Source: Gemmatimonadales bacterium UBA4720
GTDB taxonomy: Bacteria > Gemmatimonadota > Gemmatimonadetes > Gemmatimonadales > Gemmatimonadaceae
Direction of reading: 5' to 3'
DNA: 38,717 nt
Assembly (NCBI GenBank): GCA_002404335.1
Contig: DHJM01000017.1
Location: forward strand, 22,246 to 60,962
Part shown: positions 7,601 to 14,953 of the stretch, one piece after another
Layout of the letters: each line of letters opens with the position of its first letter
Position numbering within the stretch: the stretch's first letter is position 1
Translations under genes and position numbers: made by a program
The notes under the pieces: model-generated
Seen by the model: the letters and a program-made list of their open reading frames with translations, nothing else
What the model was told of the DNA's origin: nothing
Database searches by the model: none

Positions 7601-8327
7601 CCTCGATCGCAGGCTCACGATCTCCGTGATCGCGCTCAATACACTTACCGGGCTCGACCAGCTTCTCCACGGCAGCAACAATCTTCACGGGTGGGGACAG
7701 CCATCGTTCCCCGACCGTACCCTTCTTTATGTGCGGGGATTCGATCCAACGACCGATACTTACCAGTACCAGGTCAACGAGCACTTCGGCGCTACCAATG
7801 GAACGCGGAACGCTTTTCGTGTCCCGTTCCAGATAGCAGTTCAGGGGCGCCTTGCGCTCGGGACGGATCCCGCACGCCAGCGGTTCAACAATGCGATCGG
7901 CCGAGGGGCCGGCGGACGCCTCGATCCGGAGGCGCTCAAGGCGCGCATGACGCGTCTCGTGCCGAACGCATTCCTCGACATCATCGCGGTCAACGACTCG
8001 GCGAAGCTCGAGCTGACACCGGATCAGGTCGCAAAGCTTCAAACGGGCGGCGACGCCTTCAAGATCAAATCGGATTCGCTGATCGAGAAAGTCGCCAACG
8101 TCCTCGGCGACACGACGACGAAGAATCCGGACCCGATGACAGTTTTCACCAAGCTCCAGCCGACGATTACCGAGGCGAGAAAGCTGGCGACGCAGGGAAT
8201 CAATGACTCGAAAGCGATTCTGACGCCCGCGCAGTGGGCCAAGGTGCCGGAAAGCATCAAGACGCCTGGGCTGCGGCGTGAAGACGGAGAGGGAAGGCGC
8301 GAGCGCGGGGGTCCCGGCAACCAATAG
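4662..8327 (+). CDS. Oar-like TonB-dependent receptor family protein (carboxypeptidase-regulatory N-domain, plug, barrel) with a helical C-terminal extension
   Basis: Signal peptide MNLKSLSIVILLLALILPARIVAQ with GGAG upstream; ETGITRTKTTGADGRYTI; plug NSITLDG...TNTYDVARGQFTGG; GGPIVKDKLF; YLGDSWRVSPKVQFTYGLR; SPRAGF; DINGDGRNND. The track start at 4134 overlaps comM and is rejected. Confidence 0.8.
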   Translation: MNLKSLSIVILLLALILPARIVAQVGSTTDILMGRVSGLDSQAVAGARIEATSAETGITRTKTTGADGRYTIVFPDGGGSYRLTVRAIGMAPVSRDIQRQGDEDRLITDFNMGRNATQLATVQVRAGRRGGDPNQRPQPGSTERSLNPNLINRLPIDAGDLNALAALAPGVIVVPGTDTTKASFNVAGQPSNQNSITLDGLSFGAGSVPSEAIRNTRVVTNTYDVARGQFTGGQVASTTRGGTNNVQGAFSYSLRDPSLEFVDDTNPAFGQKYTQNQVNFGAGGPIVKDKLFTFGALTFSRRTDPLLDLLAADPLTLQRLGTNQDSVSRFLSIVQGFGLPLTSPLAPDERLNDNTSALVRVDYNLAEDHSLMLRGDWRGNTQLGSRLNALALPHTGGDLKGSSGGGMMTLTSHFGMFINELRGYKSVDNRNTTGYLSAPDGRVVVASVLDDGTSAISTLQFGGNPSLPQETKSSLLEMSDEISRLTTTGGHRFKLGGLINEQRSSVGFVPNRFGTFSFNSLADFAAGLPTQFTRTLFARDQESATDNFGSYLGDSWRVSPKVQFTYGLRAEGSRYPDKPVYNPEVDSTFGRRTDNLPAEFHVSPRAGFTVFVGESQFGPPPLTLRGGFGEFRGTAPAQLFASALNATGLANGQSLLTCVGPAAPTPDWALYLADPSTIPTSCNGGTPIFANQHRNVTVFDPDFQAPRAWRASFGLNRRFWDRYSFSIDAGYARGVAQSGSTDINLDTVPKFTLANEGNRPVYAPANAIVPNSGVLSVLGSRLHPEFGVVSQIQSNLRSDTKQITFGLNGINRKGILFNASYTLTSSFDQSQGFSQGAVQGFGGTAGSTAGNPNTSEWGRSDNARRHALLATITYPLKPVLELTAIARATSGSFFAPLVGGDINGDGRNNDRAFVFDPAAAAAAGDTAVANGMTRLLANTSQRARACLLSQLGKVAARSSCSSPWSPALDLQANIRPAAFGLDRRLTISVIALNTLTGLDQLLHGSNNLHGWGQPSFPDRTLLYVRGFDPTTDTYQYQVNEHFGATNGTRNAFRVPFQIAVQGRLALGTDPARQRFNNAIGRGAGGRLDPEALKARMTRLVPNAFLDIIAVNDSAKLELTPDQVAKLQTGGDAFKIKSDSLIEKVANVLGDTTTKNPDPMTVFTKLQPTITEARKLATQGINDSKAILTPAQWAKVPESIKTPGLRREDGEGRRERGGPGNQ

Positions 8328-8409
8328 CGGACACCGGCCGGAGTCGGCCCCCCCTTTGCCTGACTCCACCTGACGGGGTATTCTCCCCCATCCTTCACGC
8401 ACATACTCC

Positions 8410-9078
8410 ATGAAAGGTTGTCTAAAAAGGGCCGGCTGTCTCGTCATCCTCATCTGTCTCATCGCGTTGTGGTACTGGTACGCGCGCGTCGAGCGTCCCG
8501 CCGCGGCCACGACCTCCGCCGCCGGCACTGCAACGACTGCAACTTCGGTCAGCTCCGGCTGGCAGCTACTCACGGCGGCTGACGCAGCGCGCGGGCAGGT
8601 CGCGGTGCAGTCGCTCGGGCGACAATCCGGACCTGTGTTCGCGAATCTGACACCGGCGGAGGCGGCGTCGTACATCTTCACGGTCGTCGCGAAACAGCTC
8701 CCTCCCTCCGCGAAAAACGCCGAGGCCGCCGTCATCGGCGACCGGCTCTACGTCCGGTCCGACGTGGAGCTCAAGGATTTTGGGGGCGCTAAATCACTCG
8801 GTCCCGTCGGAATGCTGCTGGGTGAGCGCGACAGCGTGCGATTCGGCGGCACCATCAACATGTTGAAGCCAGGCCTGGCGGAATTCCTCGTCCAGGAGGT
8901 GAAACTTGGCAGGATCGACGTGCCGAGCGGGCTAATCCCGAGGCTTCTGACCCAAATGAAGCGCGGCAAGCCCGTCGAAGGCATTTCCCAGAACGGGCTC
9001 CCGATGGTCATGCCGGCTTACATTTCAGACGTGCGCATTTCCGGCGGCAAGATCACACTGTACAAGGGTGTCAAGTGA
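8410..9078 (+). CDS. Membrane-anchored hypothetical protein (possible LmeA/YpmS-like lipid-binding fold)
   Basis: N-terminal TM (CLVILICLIALWYWY), A/T-rich linker, beta-rich domain (EVKLGRIDVPSGLIPRLL...ISDVRISGGKITLY). GTGA overlap with the next gene. The fold assignment is inference. Confidence 0.7.
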   Translation: MKGCLKRAGCLVILICLIALWYWYARVERPAAATTSAAGTATTATSVSSGWQLLTAADAARGQVAVQSLGRQSGPVFANLTPAEAASYIFTVVAKQLPPSAKNAEAAVIGDRLYVRSDVELKDFGGAKSLGPVGMLLGERDSVRFGGTINMLKPGLAEFLVQEVKLGRIDVPSGLIPRLLTQMKRGKPVEGISQNGLPMVMPAYISDVRISGGKITLYKGVK

Positions 9079-10442
9079 GTCGCAGGATTCTCGTCATCGA
9101 TGATGAGCAGGGAATCCGCGCGGCGTTGGGACAGCTCCTCGAGTTCGAGGGTTACGAGGTGCACACGATTCCGAACGCGGTGGATGGAATCGCGGAATAC
9201 CTGAAGTGGCGTCCGCACCTGGTCTTTCTCGATGTGAAGATGGCCGGCATGGACGGAATGGAGGCGCTCAGGAAGCTCCGCGAGCTCGATCCTTCGGCCA
9301 TCGTGGTGATGATCAGCGGCCACGCCACGATTCGCACCGCCGTCGAAGCGACTCAGGCCGGCGCCTACGAAATTCTGGAGAAGCCACTCGACACCGATCG
9401 CATCCTCGTGATGCTGAGGAATGCGCTCTCGCATCTCGATCTTCAGGAGGAGAACGCCCGCCTGAAGCAATCGATCGACGCTCCGTTCGAGATCGTCGGG
9501 AAGACGCCGGTGATGCGGGCTCTGATGGAAAAGATCGAGAAAGTCGCCACGACTCCGGCGCGTGTTCTGATTACGGGTGAGAACGGGACGGGCAAGGAGC
9601 TCGTAGCGCGCGCGCTCCATCGCATGTCGCCGCGCGCGACCAAGCCGTTTGTCGAGGTGAACTGCGCCGCGATTCCGGGTGAGCTGATCGAGAGCGAGCT
9701 GTTCGGCCACATGAAGGGATCTTTTACCGGCGCGATCTCCGATCGCGCCGGTAAGTTCGAGCAGGCGAATAAGGGAACGCTCTTTCTGGACGAGATCGGC
9801 GACATGAGCCTGGCCGCGCAGGCGAAAGTGCTGCGCGTGCTGCAGGATAACGTCATTACCCGAATTGGCGGCGCCAAGCCGATCTCGGTCGATGTGCGGG
9901 TGATCGCCGCCACGAACAAGACACTCGAGAACGAGATAGCGGGCGGCAAATTCCGCGAGGATCTCTATTATCGGTTGAACGTGGTGCCGATCCACGTTCC
10001 GCCCATTCGCGAGCGGCGGGAGGACATTCCGATGCTGGCCCAGTACTTCGCGTCGACGCTGTCAGCGCGGGAAGGAATTCCGCCGCGCACATTCACCGCG
10101 GATGCGCTGGAGAGACTGAGCTCGCTCGACTGGCCCGGCAACGTGCGCGAGCTAAGAAACACGGTCGAGCGGCTGCTGATCCTGGCGCCCGACTCGCAGA
10201 TTGCGGCGCGTGACATCGACCGGCTGGCGGGCCAGCGGGCACTCGACGACGCAGGTCTCGCGACACTCACGCAATGCCGGACCTTCGAGGAGTTCAAGGA
10301 CGCGGCCGAGCGGGCGTTTCTGCTCAACAAGCTGCGCGAGTTCGACTGGAACGTGTCCGAGACCGCGCGCGCGGTTGAGATGCCGCGGTCGAACCTTTAT
10401 AAGAAGATCGAGCGATACTCACTATCTCGTGAACATAGTTAA
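9075..10442 (+). CDS. Sigma-54-dependent response regulator (NtrX/NtrC family)
   Basis: Receiver ILVIDDE...FLDVKM...EKP; GENGTGKE; ESELFGHMKGSFTGA; LFLDEIGD; FREDLYYRLNV; WPGNVRELRN; Fis-type HTH. Confidence 0.95.
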   Translation: MSRRILVIDDEQGIRAALGQLLEFEGYEVHTIPNAVDGIAEYLKWRPHLVFLDVKMAGMDGMEALRKLRELDPSAIVVMISGHATIRTAVEATQAGAYEILEKPLDTDRILVMLRNALSHLDLQEENARLKQSIDAPFEIVGKTPVMRALMEKIEKVATTPARVLITGENGTGKELVARALHRMSPRATKPFVEVNCAAIPGELIESELFGHMKGSFTGAISDRAGKFEQANKGTLFLDEIGDMSLAAQAKVLRVLQDNVITRIGGAKPISVDVRVIAATNKTLENEIAGGKFREDLYYRLNVVPIHVPPIRERREDIPMLAQYFASTLSAREGIPPRTFTADALERLSSLDWPGNVRELRNTVERLLILAPDSQIAARDIDRLAGQRALDDAGLATLTQCRTFEEFKDAAERAFLLNKLREFDWNVSETARAVEMPRSNLYKKIERYSLSREHS

Positions 10443-10618
10443 CCCAGCATTCAAGCTTTCATCACACACTTTGGGATTTGGACGATACTCGCTATCTCGT
10501 GAACACAGTTAACGCAGCATTCAACTCTTTCATCACACACCTTAAGATCTGAGCGATACTCCCTATCTCGTGAACATAGTTAACGCAGCATTCAACGCTT
10601 TTTTTTCCACACACTCTT
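10404..10618 (+). repeat. Three tandem ~70 bp copies of the regulator's 3' end plus downstream sequence
   Basis: Core CGATACTCNCTATCTCGTGAACAYAGTTAACSCAGCATTCAA starts at 10413, 10483 and 10554 (periods 70 and 71), each followed by CTTT..CACACAC. Confidence 0.95.
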
Positions 10619-10622
10619 GGAA

Positions 10623-12116
10623 ATGAAAAAGTTCAGCAACTACATCGCCGGAAAGTGGGTCGCCCCCGAATCGGGCGAATACTTCGAGAACACCAACCCG
10701 GCCGATCGCGATGATGTGATCGGAAAATTCCCGCTTTCCGACCGGCGCGACGTTGATCGCGCAGTCGAGAGCGCCCAACGGGGCTTCGCGGGATGGCGGC
10801 GCACGCCCGCGCCCGCGCGCGGCGACGTCCTCCGGTTCGTTGGCGACATCATGACCAAGCGGAAGGAAGAGATCGCCGACGCGATGACGCGCGAGATGGG
10901 GAAACCGCTCACGGAGACGCGGGGCGACGTGCAAGAGGGGATCGACACCGCCTACTACGCGTCGAGCGAAGGACGGCGCCTGTTCGGCAAAACGGTGCCG
11001 AGCGAGCTGCGGAACAAGTGGGCGATGAGCTACCGCCGCCCGATCGGCGTCGCTGGCCTCATCTGTCCCTTCAACTTTCCGATGGCGATCCCGACCTGGA
11101 AGATGTTCCCCGCGCTCGTCTGCGGAAATGCCGTGATCTTCAAGCCGGCTGAGGACGTCCCGCACACGGGAACCCTCCTGGTGGAGATCCTTCTCGAGGC
11201 CGGACTCCCGAAAGAGGTCGTGCAGCTCGTACACGGCCGAGGAGAGCAGGTGGGAGCCGCAATCGTGGAGCATCCTGGAGTCCCGCTGATCTCCTTTACC
11301 GGCTCGACGGAGACCGGCCGCCTCGTCGGAGAGACCTGCGGACGCCTCCACAAGAGATTGTCGCTCGAGATGGGGGGGAAGAACGCGCAGATCGTGATGG
11401 ACGACGCCGACCTCGATCTGGCGCTCGAGGGCGCGCTGTGGGGTGCATTTGGCACAACGGGGCAACGTTGTACCGCAACCAGTCGTCTTATCGTACAGAA
11501 GAAGGTTCACGACAAGTTCGTCGGCATGTTGGAAGACCGCACCCGGGCTCTCAAGCTGGGCGATGGAAGGAAGAAAGGGACTGACGTCGGGCCTCTGATC
11601 AACGAAGATGCGCTCAGGAAGGTCGAGACCTACGTCGATATTGGGCAGTCGGAAGGAGCAAAGCTCGTAACCGGAGGGGCACGACCCAAGAAGCTCTCGC
11701 GGGGCAACTTCTTCCAGCCGACGATCTTCACGAACGTCAAGCCCGGCAGCCGTCTCGAGCAGGAAGAAATCTTCGGCCCCGTTCTTTCCGTAATTCGAGT
11801 GAAGGACGCGGACGAGGCGTTCGCGGTGAACAACGACGTGAAATACGGATTGTCGTCGTCGATCTACACACGGGATGTGAACACGGCATTCCGCGCGCTC
11901 AACGAGCTGGACAACGGAATTACGTACGTAAACGCACCAACCATCGGCGCGGAGGCTCATCTCCCGTTCGGTGGGGTCAAGCAGACCGGAAACGGACACA
12001 GGGAGGGCGGCTGGGAAGTCTACGAGTTCTACTCCGAGACCAAAGTCGGATACGCCGACTTCTCGGGCACGCTTCAGCGCGCCCAGATCGACACGTATCT
12101 GGGAACGCCCGACTGA
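10623..12116 (+). CDS. NAD(P)-dependent aldehyde dehydrogenase
   Basis: PFNFP, FKPAE, SFTGSTETG, LEMGGKN, GQRCTA (catalytic Cys), EEIFGPV, PFGGVKQTGNG. ATG 10623; alternative TTG 10617. Confidence 0.95.
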   Translation: MKKFSNYIAGKWVAPESGEYFENTNPADRDDVIGKFPLSDRRDVDRAVESAQRGFAGWRRTPAPARGDVLRFVGDIMTKRKEEIADAMTREMGKPLTETRGDVQEGIDTAYYASSEGRRLFGKTVPSELRNKWAMSYRRPIGVAGLICPFNFPMAIPTWKMFPALVCGNAVIFKPAEDVPHTGTLLVEILLEAGLPKEVVQLVHGRGEQVGAAIVEHPGVPLISFTGSTETGRLVGETCGRLHKRLSLEMGGKNAQIVMDDADLDLALEGALWGAFGTTGQRCTATSRLIVQKKVHDKFVGMLEDRTRALKLGDGRKKGTDVGPLINEDALRKVETYVDIGQSEGAKLVTGGARPKKLSRGNFFQPTIFTNVKPGSRLEQEEIFGPVLSVIRVKDADEAFAVNNDVKYGLSSSIYTRDVNTAFRALNELDNGITYVNAPTIGAEAHLPFGGVKQTGNGHREGGWEVYEFYSETKVGYADFSGTLQRAQIDTYLGTPD

Positions 12117-12137
12117 TCACGCCGGTATAGAAGGGCG

Positions 12138-12884
12138 ATGGATAACTACGACCACAAACGGGCGCACGCCCTCCAGCTGGCGAATCGAAGACGCAGAGGT
12201 AGCAAGCTTGCGTTCTTCGCGCACTGGGCCAAGATCATCATTGTCTCGCTGGCGCTCTTCGTCGTCATCCGCGCCTTTGGCGTGGAGGCGTTCAAGATCG
12301 CGAGCGGGAGCATGGAGCACACCCTTTTCGAGGGTGACTTTCTCCTCATCAACAAGCTCGTGTACGGCGCCGGCATCCCCGGGAGCGGCCGCAAGTTTCC
12401 CGCGATTCACGCCCCGAGGCGCGGGGACGTGGTCGTCTTCACTTACCCGGTCGATCCGCGGCTCAATTACGTGAAGAGGATCGTCGGCATCCCTGGCGAC
12501 ACGATCCAAATGCGCGATGGTACGCTCGTCAGGAATTGGCAGCCTGTACACGAGGACTACGTTCAGCACACTCCCGACGAGGCGGACCAGTCAGACGACG
12601 ATTTCCGCTGGCAGAACGCGTATCTGGTGGGAGGAGCGTCGATCGAGAATTATCATCCATCCCGTAACAACTGGGGCCCTCTGATCGTCCCTCCTCATGA
12701 CTACTTCGTCCTCGGAGATAATCGCGACAACTCGTCGGATTCGAGGTATTGGGGTTTCGTGGCCGACTCTCTTGTGCGCGGCCAGCCGATAGTGGTCTAT
12801 TATAGCTACGCGCCCGATACCGGAGACCGGCTGGATTGGCTGACTCGTTTACGGTGGAAGCGCTTCGGAGAGATCGTTCACTAG
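12138..12884 (+). CDS. lepB: Signal peptidase I
   Basis: TM followed by SGSMEHTL (catalytic Ser), YVKRIVG (catalytic Lys), GDNRDNSSDSRYWG. Confidence 0.93.
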   Translation: MDNYDHKRAHALQLANRRRRGSKLAFFAHWAKIIIVSLALFVVIRAFGVEAFKIASGSMEHTLFEGDFLLINKLVYGAGIPGSGRKFPAIHAPRRGDVVVFTYPVDPRLNYVKRIVGIPGDTIQMRDGTLVRNWQPVHEDYVQHTPDEADQSDDDFRWQNAYLVGGASIENYHPSRNNWGPLIVPPHDYFVLGDNRDNSSDSRYWGFVADSLVRGQPIVVYYSYAPDTGDRLDWLTRLRWKRFGEIVH

Positions 12885-12920
12885 ATCTCTCGATTTCCGA
12901 GAGAGGATGCCGCTATCGCT

Positions 12921-13778
12921 ATGAAGGTTTCGACGAATCGGAAATCGACCGTCGACGAAGGATCGCTCGATCAGTACCTCAGGGACATCAGCGTCTTTCC
13001 CCTCATTACTCGCGAGAGAGAAGTGGAGCTCGCGAAGCGCATCCGCCTGAATGATCAGGAGGCACTCGACACCCTGGTGCGCTCAAATCTCCGATTCGTC
13101 GTCTCGGTCGCCAAGAAATATCAGAATCAGGGAGTCTCGCTCTCCGATCTGATCAACGAGGGCAACCTCGGCCTCATTCGCGCCGCCCACAAATTCGACG
13201 AGACGAAGGGCATCAAATTCATCTCGTACGCGGTGTGGTGGATCCGCCAGTCCATTCTCCAGGCACTGGCCGAGCAGTCGCGCATCGTGCGAGTTCCGCT
13301 CAATCGTGCCGGCACGCTGCATCGCATTGGCAAGAGAGCGAGCAGTCTGCTCCAGGAGCTCGGTCGCCAGCCGACCAACCTCGAGATCGCCGATGGCATG
13401 GACATCAGCGAAGATGAGGTCGCCAAGACGATGATGATCTCGCAGGTGCACCTCTCGCTCGATGCGCCGATGACGCCGGGCGAGGACAATCGCCTGCTCG
13501 ATTATCTCCCCGACAACATGAATCCTACTCCGGACGAGATCACGTTCGAGAAGGCATTGTCGGAGGCGATCGAGGAGTCGCTGTCATCGTTGAAGGAGCG
13601 TGAGTCCAAGATTCTTCGTCTGTATTTCGGACTTGATGGCGCTGATCCGATGACGCTCGAGGACATCGGCACGCTGCTCCAGATCACCCGCGAGAGAGTG
13701 CGCCAGATCAAGGAGAAGGCGTTGCTCAAGCTGCGTCACAATTCGCGCAGACGGTCGCTGGAATCGTTCCTCGGGTAA
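12921..13778 (+). CDS. RpoD/SigA-family sigma-70 factor lacking region 1.1
   Basis: SLDQYLRDIS (1.2), NLRFVVSVAKKY, DLINEGNLGL, KFISYAVWWIRQ, TLEDIG...TRERVRQIKEKAL. Confidence 0.93.
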   Translation: MKVSTNRKSTVDEGSLDQYLRDISVFPLITREREVELAKRIRLNDQEALDTLVRSNLRFVVSVAKKYQNQGVSLSDLINEGNLGLIRAAHKFDETKGIKFISYAVWWIRQSILQALAEQSRIVRVPLNRAGTLHRIGKRASSLLQELGRQPTNLEIADGMDISEDEVAKTMMISQVHLSLDAPMTPGEDNRLLDYLPDNMNPTPDEITFEKALSEAIEESLSSLKERESKILRLYFGLDGADPMTLEDIGTLLQITRERVRQIKEKALLKLRHNSRRRSLESFLG

Positions 13779-13781
13779 TTG

Positions 13782-14321
13782 ATGGTCGGAGCGATCCGAT
13801 TCTCTACATTTGCTTCAGTCTGTCTCGGTGCCCTGATCCTCGGCGCTCCGATCGAGGCCGCGCACGCGCAATCGAACTGGGCCCGCTACCAGCCGGGCAC
13901 TATTGCCGCAGTCATGCAGCAGCACGATTCCAGCATTCGAGCGGATTACGTCGAGAAATACCCGCGCCTGATCGTGAGCGGAGATGGTTTTCCTACGCTT
14001 GCGCGTGTCATTTTTCGTGGCGAGTCGCGACCGGTGAATCCGAGGCGTCTCGATGTCATACGCCAATGGGGAATGACGTTCCTCAGGGACTCCTCCGTTT
14101 TGAAGGATTTCCACCGCGAGTACCTGTTCGAAGAGGGCAAGACGCTCCTCTGGCTCCCGATTCAGGACACCGTGGCGAGCTATTTTGCCCGCGAGCTGCA
14201 CCCGGGGCAACCGGTGACGTTGTACGTGGTTTGGTTCGGCGCCTACTTCGCGGGCGGAGACATCATCTGGGCATTCATCGTCAACGAGTTCAAGTCCGAG
14301 CCGGTCGTGCGCCCGTTCTGA
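13782..14321 (+). CDS. Exported hypothetical protein
   Basis: Signal peptide ending AAHAQ; co-oriented immediately after the sigma gene; coding-like GC3. Confidence 0.65.
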   Translation: MVGAIRFSTFASVCLGALILGAPIEAAHAQSNWARYQPGTIAAVMQQHDSSIRADYVEKYPRLIVSGDGFPTLARVIFRGESRPVNPRRLDVIRQWGMTFLRDSSVLKDFHREYLFEEGKTLLWLPIQDTVASYFARELHPGQPVTLYVVWFGAYFAGGDIIWAFIVNEFKSEPVVRPF

Positions 14322-14355
14322 TCGAGCCACGGAGACCGACGCAAGTGAGCCGCTG

Positions 14356-14748
14356 GTGGTGAAAAAAATAGCCTGGGTCCTGTCACTCGCAGTTCTGGTC
14401 GTTACGGGTGTCGATGGCATTTACAACGGCGTTACCGAATGGGGAGATGCCCATACTCGGATGCAGCAGTCCGTCACCATTGGCGTTTTTCTCTACGGCG
14501 TTCTGGGACTCATTACCACGTTCGGCTTGTTCCGCCGGCGCCGCTGGAGCATCGGCACCGCAATCTGCTGGGGCATTGCCGTGACTTACGTTCCTGGCGT
14601 AGCGGTCGTGTCATACGGCGGCCAGGACGCGACCATGTCGTCGGCGTTCCTGGCGAGCGGCGCCAGCGCTCTAATTGCCGCGGCGGTGATTTGGACCGTT
14701 CACCGAACGACCAGGAATGACGCAGGAATCGCGAGTCTGCCGCAATGA
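14356..14748 (+). CDS. Small membrane protein with about four TM segments
   Basis: Four hydrophobic stretches in 130 aa; no family recognised. Confidence 0.65.
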   Translation: MVKKIAWVLSLAVLVVTGVDGIYNGVTEWGDAHTRMQQSVTIGVFLYGVLGLITTFGLFRRRRWSIGTAICWGIAVTYVPGVAVVSYGGQDATMSSAFLASGASALIAAAVIWTVHRTTRNDAGIASLPQ

Positions 14749-14817
14749 GGGCATTCCGACCTTGGAGGGGGATCGCCGTGCCGCGTTTTCACGGTTTTTG
14801 ATGCTGAAAAGAAAAGA

Positions 14818-14846
14818 TTGACAGCTTCATAAACACGCGAAATATT
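14818..14846 (+). promoter_or_regulatory. Sigma-70 promoter for the S8 protease gene
   Basis: TTGACA(14818-23)-N17-AATATT(14841-46), preceded by an A-rich UP-like tract GAAAAGAAAAGA. Confidence 0.6.
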
Positions 14847-14857
14847 GGTGCCTGCTG

Positions 14858-14897
14858 AGGACCCACGCTGCTCGAACGAGCCGTTTGGGTCTTTTTT
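14858..14897 (+). terminator. Intrinsic terminator-like hairpin inside the putative S8 leader
   Basis: AGGACCCA/TGGGTCTT stem, inner GCTC-GAAC-GAGC, T6 tract at 14892-14897. Confidence 0.55.
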
Positions 14898-14953
14898 GTT
14901 CTCCCGAGCCTGCTGCGGCTGGCACCACACCGTCTCCAAAGGAGACCCCTCGT

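Noticed and set aside
10429-10443. LexA (GAAC-N4-GTTC) box in the repeat unit
   Set aside because: The sequence is GAAC-N3-GTTA, so both spacing and the right half-site are wrong.
10201-10512. 103-aa ORF ending in the same YSLSREHS as the regulator
   Set aside because: An out-of-frame overlap that ends in repeat copy 2; a by-product of the tandem repeat.
10404-10618. CRISPR array
   Set aside because: The intervening segments are homologous to each other rather than unique spacers, the unit includes a gene's coding end, and there are no cas genes.
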